This document shows positions 39,802-49,179 of a stretch of 64,000 bases of DNA, piece by piece (position 1 is the stretch's first letter; each line of letters starts with the position of its first letter). Under the pieces are notes generated by a model, which ran no database searches, had not been told where the DNA came from, and worked only from the letters and a program-made list of their open reading frames with translations. Source of the DNA: Gammaproteobacteria bacterium (lineage in GTDB: Bacteria > Pseudomonadota > Gammaproteobacteria > Eutrophobiales > Eutrophobiaceae); NCBI GenBank assembly GCA_965208655.1, contig CBDBPJ010000007.1:20820-84819 (forward strand). Reading direction: 5' to 3'. Made by a program: the position numbers and the translations under genes.

Positions 39802-40446
39802 ATGGATAAAGCTTTATTTCGATATTTAGTCGTGGAAGGCCCGATCGGAGCCGGTAAATCAACGTTGGCAAGGCGCCTGGCAGACAGCCTGGACAACCAG
39901 CTGTTGCTGGAGCGGGCTGCAGACAATCCCTTTTTAACCCGGCTTTATCAACACCCCGGTTCCGCTGCACTGGCGGCACAACTGCATTTTTTATTCGAGC
40001 ATGTAAAGCAGGTTCAGGCGCTGCGGCAGGCAGACCTGTTCGCGCCCAACCAGGTCGCGGATTTCCTGGTCCAGGCGAACAGGCTGTATGCCGAAGCAAC
40101 ATTAAGCGCGGATGAACTGGACTTGTACTACCAGATCTATAACATCATGGTCGACGATATTCCGGCCCCTGACCTGGTTATTTACCTGCAGTCGTCTGTC
40201 GACGTGATGATAAGACGCATTCGTGCTGAAAGTAAGGACAATGAAATGACAATCGACAGGGAATACCTGCAGGGAATATCAGAAGGGTATGCTGACTTTT
40301 TCTATCATTATGATGCGTCATCGTTACTCATCGTCAACACGACAGACCTGGATTTCACCGGTGACAGCGGTGACTACAAGGTCTTACTGGATTACCTGGA
40401 CGGTCTCGGCCAGGGTCGGCATTATTTCAATCCCCGGGAGCTATGA
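39802..40446 (+). CDS. Deoxynucleoside kinase family protein
   Basis: 214 aa with the P-loop VVEGPIGAGKSTLA and dNK-family DRS/ERS region. It is inserted between folK and panB. Confidence 0.7.
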   Translation: MDKALFRYLVVEGPIGAGKSTLARRLADSLDNQLLLERAADNPFLTRLYQHPGSAALAAQLHFLFEHVKQVQALRQADLFAPNQVADFLVQANRLYAEATLSADELDLYYQIYNIMVDDIPAPDLVIYLQSSVDVMIRRIRAESKDNEMTIDREYLQGISEGYADFFYHYDASSLLIVNTTDLDFTGDSGDYKVLLDYLDGLGQGRHYFNPREL

Positions 40447-41240
40447 CTGAAAAAATCACCATCGCCCGTTTGCTGGAGATGAAAAAAGCGGGTGAGAAAA
40501 TTGTCAGCCTGACCGCATATGACGCAAGTTTTGCCAGGATACTGGACGAGAACGGTGTCGATATCACGCTGGTGGGTGATTCACTGGGTATGGTCTTGCA
40601 GGGCGGGGAGGATACCCTTGCCGTTTCCATTGAAGACATGACTTACCACAGCAGGATGGCCAGCAGGGCCTGCCGGCGCTCCCTGGTCGTGACCGACATG
40701 CCTTACCGGACCTATGAAACGCTTGCTGCAGCTTATGACAATGCGCGCAGACTGGTTGAAGCAGGCGGCGCCGAGGTGGTCAAGCTGGAAGGCGGCGTTG
40801 AGCAGGCGGAAACCGTTGCTTGCCTGGTGGACCGGGACATTCCCGTTTGCGGCCATGTCGGCCTGCAGCCACAATCAGTCAGGGAATACGGAGGATACAA
40901 GGTCCAGGGCAGGACTGAAGACCAGGCGCAACGCATCATGGCGGGCGCCAGGGCCCTGGAGGCAGCAGGCGCCTGCATGGTGGTCCTGGAATGTATCCCG
41001 GCCGCACTGGCCCTGCGCATAAGCAATGACCTCACCATTCCGACCATAGGTATCGGCGCCGGTGTAGACTGTGACGGGCAGGTACTGGTGGTATATGATG
41101 TATTAGGGCTGTCCGCACGTTCACCCCACATGGCGAAAAATTTCCTGGCCGGAACCGGGAGCATACCCGAGGCTGTACGGGAATATGTTCGGGCAGTAAA
41201 ATCCGGCGCTTTCCCGGGCCGGGAACACTCTTTTAAATAG
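40443..41240 (+). CDS. panB: 3-methyl-2-oxobutanoate hydroxymethyltransferase
   Basis: 265 aa. The PanB sequence is conserved throughout. Confidence 0.92.
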   Translation: MTEKITIARLLEMKKAGEKIVSLTAYDASFARILDENGVDITLVGDSLGMVLQGGEDTLAVSIEDMTYHSRMASRACRRSLVVTDMPYRTYETLAAAYDNARRLVEAGGAEVVKLEGGVEQAETVACLVDRDIPVCGHVGLQPQSVREYGGYKVQGRTEDQAQRIMAGARALEAAGACMVVLECIPAALALRISNDLTIPTIGIGAGVDCDGQVLVVYDVLGLSARSPHMAKNFLAGTGSIPEAVREYVRAVKSGAFPGREHSFK

Positions 41241-41247
41241 TACAGGA

Positions 41248-42171
41248 ATGGCAATGTCGGATCGGCAAGCAGTCGATAAGCTTATTACCGCGCCCTTTAC
41301 GGGTACGCCGGTAATGGAAACCGTATCGAGTTTGCACGGGTTGCGCACAATTATCGAGAGGTGGAAAAGGTCGGGTTATTCCATCGCGCTCGTCCCAACC
41401 ATGGGGAATCTGCATGACGGGCATATTTCATTGCTTAATCACGCCCGTGACTGCGCTGACCGGACCGTGATGAGTATATTCGTCAACCCGATACAGTTCG
41501 GGAAAGGAGAGGATTACGAGAGGTATCCCAGCACCCTGGCCGATGACAAGAATAAACTTGAGAAGTACGGGCTTGACCTGTTGTTCACACCCAACCTGGA
41601 TCAATTGTACCCGGGCGGTACCGATATTGATACCCGGATTAACGTGCCCGGGTTATCGGACATACTCTGCGGTGAGGCCAGGCCGAACCATTTCTCCGGT
41701 GTTGCCACCGTGGTGGCAAAACTGCTCAGCAACGTCCAGCCCGATTTTGCTTTTTTCGGCGAAAAGGATTACCAGCAAGTGCTGGTCATCAAACGCATGG
41801 CCAGGGATTTGTGCCTGCCTTTCGAAATCATCGGACTGCCCATCGTGAGGGAACCTGACGGGCTGGCGATGAGTTCCCGCAACGCCTACCTGTCACAGGA
41901 CGAACGGCGCAGGGCGCCGGAAATTTACAAGACCCTGAAGGCCGCCGCCGAGAGCTTGCGCCAGGGCAACAAAAGCATGGATGAAATAGAAACGGAAGCG
42001 CTGGGCCGGTTACAGGAAGCAGGGTTAAGGCCGGAATACGTCAGCATCAGGCGTACGGAGGACCTGCAGCAACCGGCGCCGGAAGATACCCGCTTGTCCA
42101 TCCTGGTTGCCGCCTGGCTGGGGCCTGCACGTCTTATTGACAACCTCAAGGTGCGCGTCAAACCAACCTGA
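41248..42171 (+). CDS. panC: Pantoate--beta-alanine ligase (the start may be a downstream Met)
   Basis: VPTMGNLHDGHISL is the HIGH-like motif of PanC. Confidence 0.88.
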   Translation: MAMSDRQAVDKLITAPFTGTPVMETVSSLHGLRTIIERWKRSGYSIALVPTMGNLHDGHISLLNHARDCADRTVMSIFVNPIQFGKGEDYERYPSTLADDKNKLEKYGLDLLFTPNLDQLYPGGTDIDTRINVPGLSDILCGEARPNHFSGVATVVAKLLSNVQPDFAFFGEKDYQQVLVIKRMARDLCLPFEIIGLPIVREPDGLAMSSRNAYLSQDERRRAPEIYKTLKAAAESLRQGNKSMDEIETEALGRLQEAGLRPEYVSIRRTEDLQQPAPEDTRLSILVAAWLGPARLIDNLKVRVKPT

Positions 42172-42189
42172 CGGAACACGCTCGAAGTT

Positions 42190-43275
42190 GTGCTTGCATC
42201 AAGGTTAACATTCTCAGCCGTGTTGAGCGCGGCATGTCTTGTCGGCGTGCAGGCACGCGCAGACGTGATTGGACATTCCCGGTACGACGCCGCCGACCAT
42301 GCCCCCGTCGGCGTCATGGGCGACCATGTGCATGACCGGGGAGAGTGGATGCTGAGTTACCGTTTCATGCACATGGATATGCAGGGTAACCGCCTGGGTG
42401 CGGACGCTATCGACCCGGATCGGATCGCGACCAGCATACCAAACCGTTTCTTCGGGAGACCAATGCAGCCCCCCACCCTGCGAATCGTGCCCACCAGGAT
42501 GAGTATGCAGATGCACATGTTCGGCGCCATGTATGCGCCGACCCGGTGGCTGACCCTGATGGCTATGGGTATGTATGTTGAAAAGGAGATGGATCACATC
42601 ACCTACATGGGTGGAAAAGGCACCGCCGTGCGCGGCAATTTCAGGGTGAGGACTGATGGTATCGGCGATACCCGGCTCTCCGGACTGATTAGAATACACG
42701 ATGACGGCATGCACGCTGTTCATCTCAATGCCGGTATCAGTCTGCCCACCGGGTCGAACACAAAGACCCATGAAATTTTGACGCCCCTGGGTACACGACC
42801 CACCGTGCGCGTGCCCTATGCCATGCAACTCGGTTCGGGCACCTTTGACCTGGTACCGGGTATCACTTACAACGGCCGCCTGGAAAAGCGGTACTGGGGC
42901 GGCCAGTACCTGGGTACTTTCCGTACCGGTGCCGACAACGGCTATTCGCTGGGAGACAGGCATGAGTTGAGCGCCTGGTTGAACTACCAGTGGCAACCGT
43001 TTGTCAGCACGGCATTGCGGGTGCAATTCGACACGCTGGAGAGTATCGGCGGTATTGACCCCATGATTGCGGGCCCTGTGCAGACCGCGGACCCGGATAA
43101 CTACGGGGGTGATGAGTTGAAGCTGAACCTGGGCGTCAACCTGATGGGTCAATCCGGCGGACTGGCGGGTCACCGATTGGCCGTCGAATTGAGCCTGCCG
43201 TTATACCGTGACCTGAACGGCCCGCAAATGGAGACCGACTGGACTGTTATGGCAGGCTGGCAATACGCGTTTTAG
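42190..43275 (+). CDS. Outer-membrane beta-barrel protein of the transporter / MetA-pathway-like family
   Basis: 361 aa with a signal peptide. HAPVGVMGDHVHDRGEWMLSYRFMHM is characteristic of PF13557-like OM channels. The end is beta-strand rich. Confidence 0.5.
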   Translation: MLASRLTFSAVLSAACLVGVQARADVIGHSRYDAADHAPVGVMGDHVHDRGEWMLSYRFMHMDMQGNRLGADAIDPDRIATSIPNRFFGRPMQPPTLRIVPTRMSMQMHMFGAMYAPTRWLTLMAMGMYVEKEMDHITYMGGKGTAVRGNFRVRTDGIGDTRLSGLIRIHDDGMHAVHLNAGISLPTGSNTKTHEILTPLGTRPTVRVPYAMQLGSGTFDLVPGITYNGRLEKRYWGGQYLGTFRTGADNGYSLGDRHELSAWLNYQWQPFVSTALRVQFDTLESIGGIDPMIAGPVQTADPDNYGGDELKLNLGVNLMGQSGGLAGHRLAVELSLPLYRDLNGPQMETDWTVMAGWQYAF

Positions 43276-43292
43276 GGACCAGGGGCCAGGGG

Positions 43293-43326
43293 CTGGTGTA
43301 TTTTTACTCTGACCCCAAATATCTGT
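43293..43326. repeat. Half copy of the REP/MITE-like element (one arm)
   Basis: GGTGTATTTTTACTCTGACCCCAAATATCTG shares 26 of 26 nt with the right arm of the element at 47173-47198. Confidence 0.5.
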
Positions 43327-43364
43327 TAAGCTGATTCGGTGACTTCAAATCATGATGACCTGTT

Positions 43365-44135
43365 GTGAAACTACCCGACCAGATTACCGCGTGCCTGATC
43401 ATCATAGGCAATGAAATCCTGTCCGGCCGCACCCAGGACGCAAACCTGGCGGTCATCGGTAGAAAATGTGACGCCCTGGGGATACGTCTTACCGAGGCCA
43501 GGGTCATTCCCGATGAGGAGGAGGATATCGTTACGACGGTCAACATCTGCCGTGCTGAATTCACTTATGTTTTTACCACCGGCGGTATCGGCCCCACCCA
43601 TGATGACATCACCGCGGCAGCCATTGCCAGGGCATTCGATGTGGCAGTAGAGCGCAATGAGGAGGCGGTTAATGCCCTGGACCGGTATTATGAACCGGGC
43701 CTCCTGACGGAAGCCAGGCTGAAGATGGCGGATATACCTGAAGGCGCACGGTTAATCGACAACCCCGTGAGCGGCGCGCCGGGGTTCCAGCTTGAGAACG
43801 TATTTGTATTGCCGGGTGTGCCGTCCATCATGGAAGCCATGTTCGACGGTCTGACCGGGAGGCTGGTGGGGGGTGATCCCATCCTCACGGAAAACATCCT
43901 GACCAACCTTCCCGAAAGCGTAATTGCAACAGGCCTGGAAGCCGTTCAGGAAAAATTTCCCGACGTCAGCATGGGCAGTTATCCCTATTTCAAAAAGGGA
44001 AAGCTGGGAGTGAACCTGGTGCTGCGCGGCATTGACAGCGCCAGGATGAATGCCGCGGCGGAGGACCTGGCAGCGACTATCCTGAATCTGGACGGCAAGG
44101 TGCTGAAGCGGCTGTCCCCCGGCATGACGTCATGA
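43365..44135 (+). CDS. CinA-N-like molybdopterin-binding (MoCF-biosynthesis fold) domain protein
   Basis: 256 aa. IIGNEILSGRTQDANL...TTGGIGPTHDDIT are CinA/MoaB-fold motifs. Confidence 0.7.
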   Translation: MKLPDQITACLIIIGNEILSGRTQDANLAVIGRKCDALGIRLTEARVIPDEEEDIVTTVNICRAEFTYVFTTGGIGPTHDDITAAAIARAFDVAVERNEEAVNALDRYYEPGLLTEARLKMADIPEGARLIDNPVSGAPGFQLENVFVLPGVPSIMEAMFDGLTGRLVGGDPILTENILTNLPESVIATGLEAVQEKFPDVSMGSYPYFKKGKLGVNLVLRGIDSARMNAAAEDLAATILNLDGKVLKRLSPGMTS

Positions 44136-44842
44136 ACATCGACGACGGCATTTCTGCAAAACGTTCCGCCTGGTCGTTCGGCGCCGAAGTGGCGGAAGCA
44201 TTCCCGGACCACGCCAGGCGTTCCATCCCCTGGTACCGGGACGGGCATGAACTCATCTGCTACCTGAGCGATTTCTTCGTGGCGCCGGACAGTACCGTGT
44301 ACGACCTGGGCTGCTCAACCGGGGACCTGCTGAAGATGCTGGCCGAGTACAACGGGCATAAGCCTGACGTGCGCTGGATAGGGTTGGACAAGGAGCAGGA
44401 CATGATCGACCGCGCCCGCAAGACCTGTGCCGGCCTGGACCGGGTGGAGCTTTGTTGCGAGGACATACTGACCTGCGCGCTGGACGCATCGGATATGATT
44501 ATCGCGTATTACACGGTCCAGTTTATCGAGGAAAGACACAGGCAGGCGCTGTTCGACAGCATCTACCAGGCCCTGAACTGGGGAGGGGCGTTCGTCCTGT
44601 TTGAAAAAGTGGGCGCGCCGGACTCGCGCTTCCAGGACATGATGTCCTGCCTGTACCGGGAGTTCAAACAACGCAAGGGCTTCAGCTCCGAGGAGATATT
44701 GAACAAGGAGGTCAGCCTGAAAGGCGTACTCAAACCCTTCTCAACCGCCGGCAACCTGGGCCTGCTTGAACGGGCCGGTTTCGTTGACGTGATGACGATC
44801 ATGAAATACGTCAGTTTCGAGGGCTTCCTGGCTATCAAGTAA
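44132..44842 (+). CDS. cmoA: Carboxy-S-adenosyl-L-methionine synthase
   Basis: 236 aa that aligns along its length with E. coli CmoA (WSFGAEVAEAFPDHARRSIPWY...VYDLGCSTG...). Confidence 0.8.
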   Translation: MNIDDGISAKRSAWSFGAEVAEAFPDHARRSIPWYRDGHELICYLSDFFVAPDSTVYDLGCSTGDLLKMLAEYNGHKPDVRWIGLDKEQDMIDRARKTCAGLDRVELCCEDILTCALDASDMIIAYYTVQFIEERHRQALFDSIYQALNWGGAFVLFEKVGAPDSRFQDMMSCLYREFKQRKGFSSEEILNKEVSLKGVLKPFSTAGNLGLLERAGFVDVMTIMKYVSFEGFLAIK

Positions 44843-44970
44843 CCCTCGCTTGCTGCGTAAGGGGGCACGCTTATATCGGTCACACGAGGCCAGCGGTCAA
44901 AAGTCACTGGAAAGGCAGGACGACTTAAACTAGAATTACAAGGCTGAATTACCAGGTTATCGACACTGTT

Positions 44971-47097
44971 ATGGACATGCAAGCAACCCCGATAGACGGC
45001 CGGGAAACCAAGACGGAAGTTGTCCGCACCAATTGCCGCGCCTGCGGCCATGCCGGTTGCGGCGTATTTGTCACGCTGGAAGACGGCAAGGCCGTCAAAA
45101 TCAGGGGCGATATGGAGCACCCCATCAGCAAGGGTTACCTGTGCCGGAAGGCAAGAGGTTTCATCACCGATTTGCAGTACCACAAGGACCGCCTGCTGTA
45201 CCCAAAGAAACGGGTCGGCGAACGCGGCGAGGGCAAGTGGGAAAGAATCAGCTGGGAAGAAGCGCTGGGTACCATCGCCGACAAATTCAACCGGATCAAG
45301 GAAGAGAACGGGCCGGAATCAGTCATCTTCGGGCACGGCACGGGACGCAGCCATCACCGCTTTGTCTACCGGGTCGCAAACATGTTCGGTTCGCCCAACG
45401 TGCTGGCGAACGGCCATGTCTGCTACCTGCCGAGGCTGGCCGTGTCCAAGCAACTGGGCATGTCGGTCCCCATCGTGGATTACGACAATCACCCCCAGTG
45501 CGTCATGTCCTGGGGCAGCAACACCATAAAATCCAACCCCGATGAATACATAGGCGTCAACCTGGGTCTGAGTCTCAAACGCAAGCCCAGCTACATCGTC
45601 GTTGACCCGCAACGAACCCAGCTGGCGGAAAAGGCCGATATCTGGCTCCAGCTCCGGCCCGGCACGGACGTCGCACTCGCCATGGCCATGATGCACGTGA
45701 TGGTCAAGGAAGACCTCTATGACCGCCATTTTGTCGAGAACTACACGACGGGGTTCGACAAGTTCCGTGAACGCCTGGAGGAGTACCCGCCCGAGGTCGG
45801 CGAGGAGATTTCCTGGGTGCCGAAGGAAAAGATCATTGCCGCGGCGCGCCTGTTCGCACAGACCAAGCCTGCGGCCATCCAGTGGGGCGTCGGTATCGAG
45901 CACGGCGTCAATTGTTCGAACTCGGACCGCGTACTCATCTACATGTCGGCGCTGACCGGCAACCTGGATGAACCCGGCGGCAACGTCATGTTCGGACCCC
46001 CGCCCGGCCTGCCGCGCATGGAATTCTGCGGCAACCAGTTCCTGGACAGTATCGACAAGATGCTCGGCGGCACCCGCTACCGGTTGGCGGCATCCATCAA
46101 CCGAATTACGCCCCATGTCATCTGGGACGCCATCGAGACAGGCGAACCCTACCCGGTCAGGGCAATGCTGATCATGGGCAGCAACCCGCTGGTGGTCAGG
46201 GCGAATACCTCGCGGGTGTACGAATCGCTGAAGAAGGTCGAGTTTCTGGTGGTGGCGGATATCTTTCCCACCCCGACGACGGAACTTGCGGACATCGTCC
46301 TTCCCGCAAAGACCTGGATCGAGTTCGATAATATCGCGGACTACTGGAAATCCCACGGGTATATCTTCCCCAGGCCCAAGATCGTGGATGCCCCGGGCGA
46401 GGCAATGGCTGACGTCGAGATCCTCAACGAACTGGGCAAGAAACTGGGTTTTGAGGATTCATTCTGGGAGGACTACGAAGAATCCCTGGACTATATTCTC
46501 GAACCCGCCGGTGTGACCTGGGAAGAATTCAAGGATATGGAGTACCTGCGCAATGAGCCCAGGTACCGGAAATACGAGACTGAAGGGTTTAAATCCAAAT
46601 CCGGCAAGCTGGATTTCTACATACAACAGAACAAGGACTGGGGCTACGACCCGTTGCCGTTCCACCAGGAACCGCCGGAGAGTCCGGCGAGGGAACCGGA
46701 GTTCCTGGAGAAATACCCCCTGGTGTTGACCACCGGGACGCGGGTCCAGGAGTATTTCGGATCCGAGCACCGGCAAAGCCCGTTATTGCGCAAAACGCAT
46801 CCCGATCCCCTGTTGTCCATCCACCCGGAAACTGCCGCCGCCAGGGACATAGAACACGGCGACTGGGTTTATATCGAAAGCCCGCGCGGCAAGGTGAAAC
46901 ACAAGGCAAAGGTCACCGACGGCGTAGACCCGCGGGTGGTAGCCGCCGAATTCGCCTGGTGGTACCCGGAAAGGGCAGCGCCGGATTACGGCTTCAGGGA
47001 ATGCAACATCAACTTCCTCACCGATGACCTGAACGTCGGACCCGAATCCGGCTCGACCAACCTGAAAGGGCTGATGTGCGAGGTCAGCAAGATCTGA
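44971..47097 (+). CDS. Molybdopterin-dependent oxidoreductase catalytic subunit (MopB superfamily)
   Basis: 708 aa with the N-terminal 4Fe-4S CxxCxxxC...C motif (CRACGHAGCG...C) and MGD-binding domains. Confidence 0.8.
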   Translation: MDMQATPIDGRETKTEVVRTNCRACGHAGCGVFVTLEDGKAVKIRGDMEHPISKGYLCRKARGFITDLQYHKDRLLYPKKRVGERGEGKWERISWEEALGTIADKFNRIKEENGPESVIFGHGTGRSHHRFVYRVANMFGSPNVLANGHVCYLPRLAVSKQLGMSVPIVDYDNHPQCVMSWGSNTIKSNPDEYIGVNLGLSLKRKPSYIVVDPQRTQLAEKADIWLQLRPGTDVALAMAMMHVMVKEDLYDRHFVENYTTGFDKFRERLEEYPPEVGEEISWVPKEKIIAAARLFAQTKPAAIQWGVGIEHGVNCSNSDRVLIYMSALTGNLDEPGGNVMFGPPPGLPRMEFCGNQFLDSIDKMLGGTRYRLAASINRITPHVIWDAIETGEPYPVRAMLIMGSNPLVVRANTSRVYESLKKVEFLVVADIFPTPTTELADIVLPAKTWIEFDNIADYWKSHGYIFPRPKIVDAPGEAMADVEILNELGKKLGFEDSFWEDYEESLDYILEPAGVTWEEFKDMEYLRNEPRYRKYETEGFKSKSGKLDFYIQQNKDWGYDPLPFHQEPPESPAREPEFLEKYPLVLTTGTRVQEYFGSEHRQSPLLRKTHPDPLLSIHPETAAARDIEHGDWVYIESPRGKVKHKAKVTDGVDPRVVAAEFAWWYPERAAPDYGFRECNINFLTDDLNVGPESGSTNLKGLMCEVSKI

Positions 47098-47103
47098 CAT
47101 TTG

Positions 47104-47215
47104 GATATTTGGGATATTTGGGGTCAGAGTAAAAATACGCAGCACTAAAGCAGCCAACTCCCGGCAGCACCTGTATTTTTACTCTGACCCCAAATATCAC
47201 CCCAAATATCTACCA
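47104..47215. repeat. REP/MITE-like inverted-repeat element between convergent genes
   Basis: GGATATTTGGGATATTTGGGGTCAGAGTAAAAATAC and its reverse complement GTATTTTTACTCTGACCCCAAATATCACCCCAAATATC are separated by a ~33 nt loop. This gives a ~36 bp stem. Confidence 0.6.
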
Positions 47216-47224
47216 CACATATCT

Positions 47225-48157
47225 TTAACGCCGTAACACCATAAATATGCCGATGCTGATCAGCACGGCACATATCACCTGGTAGAGGGTCAGGCTTTCA
47301 TCCAGGAACAGGATTGCCATGACGGCTGCAAAGATGGGGATCAGGTTGATGAACATACCGGCCCGGCTTGGCCCGATAAGCTGGTTTCCCCGGTTCCACA
47401 ACAGTGTCCCGAATACGGTAGACACCAATGACATGGCGATGATGGAGTAGATAGCGGTCGCGCTGAACGGCACCGGTTTGTAGATGATGGTTTCGATGAC
47501 GTAGAACGGGAGCACGATTACACTACCCGTCACGATGATCATGAACAGTGCTGCAGACGGGCCCAGGGAATCCGGGATTTTCCTCAGGTTGATGGCATAC
47601 AGCGAATAACCCATTGAACCCAGCAGTATCAGGATGTCCCCCGCGTTGAATTGCAAATGGAGTAACGCCGCCAGGTCCATCCTGGTAATCATGGCTGCCA
47701 CACCGATGACCCCCAGTGCAACACCGCACGACTGTGACAGTCGCAACCTGTCGTGCAGGATCAGCATGGCCAGCAACACGGTGAATACCGGCTGTATGGC
47801 ATTGATAATGGACGCATTGATCGCAGTAGTGAAGTTCAGGCCGATCATCAGGCAGGTCGCGCTCAGGATCATAATCCCGCCGAGCAGCGTGAGCGGCCCG
47901 ATATGTTTGCGGATGTCCGGCGCATTCGCTTTGAGCGATGGATAAATAAACGGCCACAGTACGATCGCTCCAATCAGCCAGCGCCAGAAAGACAGTCCCA
48001 CTGGCGGGACTTCGGCATGAACCCCGCGTCCCACCACGTGGGCAAACGCAAAGGCCGCCGAGGCAAGGGTGAGCGCCAGGCAGGCATATAACCCGGTACG
48101 GGACCGGAACACGCTGATATTTTCTTTAGTAGGCGTGCTCATAAGTGCCCGAATCAA
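47225..48157 (-). CDS. DMT-superfamily (EamA) transporter
   Basis: 310 aa with 10 predicted transmembrane segments in two EamA repeats. Confidence 0.7.
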   Translation of the reverse strand: MIRALMSTPTKENISVFRSRTGLYACLALTLASAAFAFAHVVGRGVHAEVPPVGLSFWRWLIGAIVLWPFIYPSLKANAPDIRKHIGPLTLLGGIMILSATCLMIGLNFTTAINASIINAIQPVFTVLLAMLILHDRLRLSQSCGVALGVIGVAAMITRMDLAALLHLQFNAGDILILLGSMGYSLYAINLRKIPDSLGPSAALFMIIVTGSVIVLPFYVIETIIYKPVPFSATAIYSIIAMSLVSTVFGTLLWNRGNQLIGPSRAGMFINLIPIFAAVMAILFLDESLTLYQVICAVLISIGIFMVLRR

Positions 48158-48666
48158 AGCAACGGCCAGGTCTTCATTACCCGGTACAATGCTCCCTGCG
48201 CATGGGTAACGGATTCAATCAGGCAAAACTCCCCGACGTTCCAGTGAACCGGTTCGAACGTGGAGGCTGTCACCGGGCAGGACAACTTGCGGGCAACGGT
48301 GAGGTGGGGACTGTAATCCCTTTTGTCTACCGACACGCCGGCGCTTATGCTCAACCGGTTGAGTTGTTCTACCAGTTCCAACAGCGGCGCGGGCGTGGTT
48401 TGCGGGGCCAGCCAGGCGACCTTTGCCCGTTTCCACCAGCCGCAGCGGTCTATCTGCAACGGGAAGCGGGATATTCTCAAGCGCCCGGCGGCGTCAAGCA
48501 GTCCGGGAATATCCTGCTCCTGCACATTGCCGAGGAAGACCAGGGTAACATGGTAGTTTTCCCCTGGAACGGGGCGTCCCGTATCAATCTGCAGCAACCC
48601 GGCACGCTCAGCCAGTTGGGCGCGCACCCCGCGGTCCGGCCAGAGGGCGAAAAACAACCGTTTCAT
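48154..48666 (-). CDS. thpR: RNA 2',3'-cyclic phosphodiesterase (2H family, ThpR/LigT)
   Basis: 170 aa with two H-x-T-x motifs (HVTLVFLG, HLTVAR). Confidence 0.8.
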   Translation of the reverse strand: MKRLFFALWPDRGVRAQLAERAGLLQIDTGRPVPGENYHVTLVFLGNVQEQDIPGLLDAAGRLRISRFPLQIDRCGWWKRAKVAWLAPQTTPAPLLELVEQLNRLSISAGVSVDKRDYSPHLTVARKLSCPVTASTFEPVHWNVGEFCLIESVTHAQGALYRVMKTWPLL

Positions 48667-48670
48667 TGGA

Positions 48671-49168
48671 CTATAACGATTGCTCTGCCAGGTCCGCCAG
48701 GCCCTGCAAGGCTGTCAAAATCGAGAGCTCCCGCACCTGCTGCCTGCTTCCCTCAAACTTTACCCTGGCGGTCCTGGTATCGCCGTTGCGTCCGCTCCAG
48801 CCGAAACAGACGGTGCCGACCGGTTTTTCCTCACTTCCACCGCCCGGGCCGGCTATGCCGGTGACCGCCACGCTGAGGTCCGCATGGCTGTGCTGCAATG
48901 CGCCCTGCGCCATGGCTGCCGCGACCTCTTCACTGACCGCGCCGTGCCGGGTGATCAAGGGCCCGGCAACGCCCAACTGTTCCTGCTTGGCAAGGTTGGA
49001 GTAGGTCACGAACCCCCGCTCGAACCACCCGGAACTGCCCGGCATTTCGGTTATGGCATAGGCGACGCCCCCGCCGGTGCAGGACTCGGCCGTGACCAGC
49101 ATCTTGTTTTGATGTATCAATTGCTCACTGAGTTGCAGGAGCAGGGTCTGGTATCGGTTATCTGTCAT
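48671..49168 (-). CDS. pncC: Nicotinamide-nucleotide amidohydrolase PncC (CinA C-terminal domain type)
   Basis: LVTAESCTGGGVAYAI...VTGIAGPGGGSEEKPVGTV are motifs conserved in PncC/YgaD. Confidence 0.8.
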   Translation of the reverse strand: MTDNRYQTLLLQLSEQLIHQNKMLVTAESCTGGGVAYAITEMPGSSGWFERGFVTYSNLAKQEQLGVAGPLITRHGAVSEEVAAAMAQGALQHSHADLSVAVTGIAGPGGGSEEKPVGTVCFGWSGRNGDTRTARVKFEGSRQQVRELSILTALQGLADLAEQSL

Positions 49169-49179
49169 CAGGCAAACAT

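Noticed and set aside
44843-44970. Possible Moco riboswitch in the 128 nt leader of the molybdopterin oxidoreductase gene.
   Set aside because: I cannot identify the conserved Moco RNA stems by eye. This needs an Infernal/Rfam scan (RF01055), so it is not claimed.
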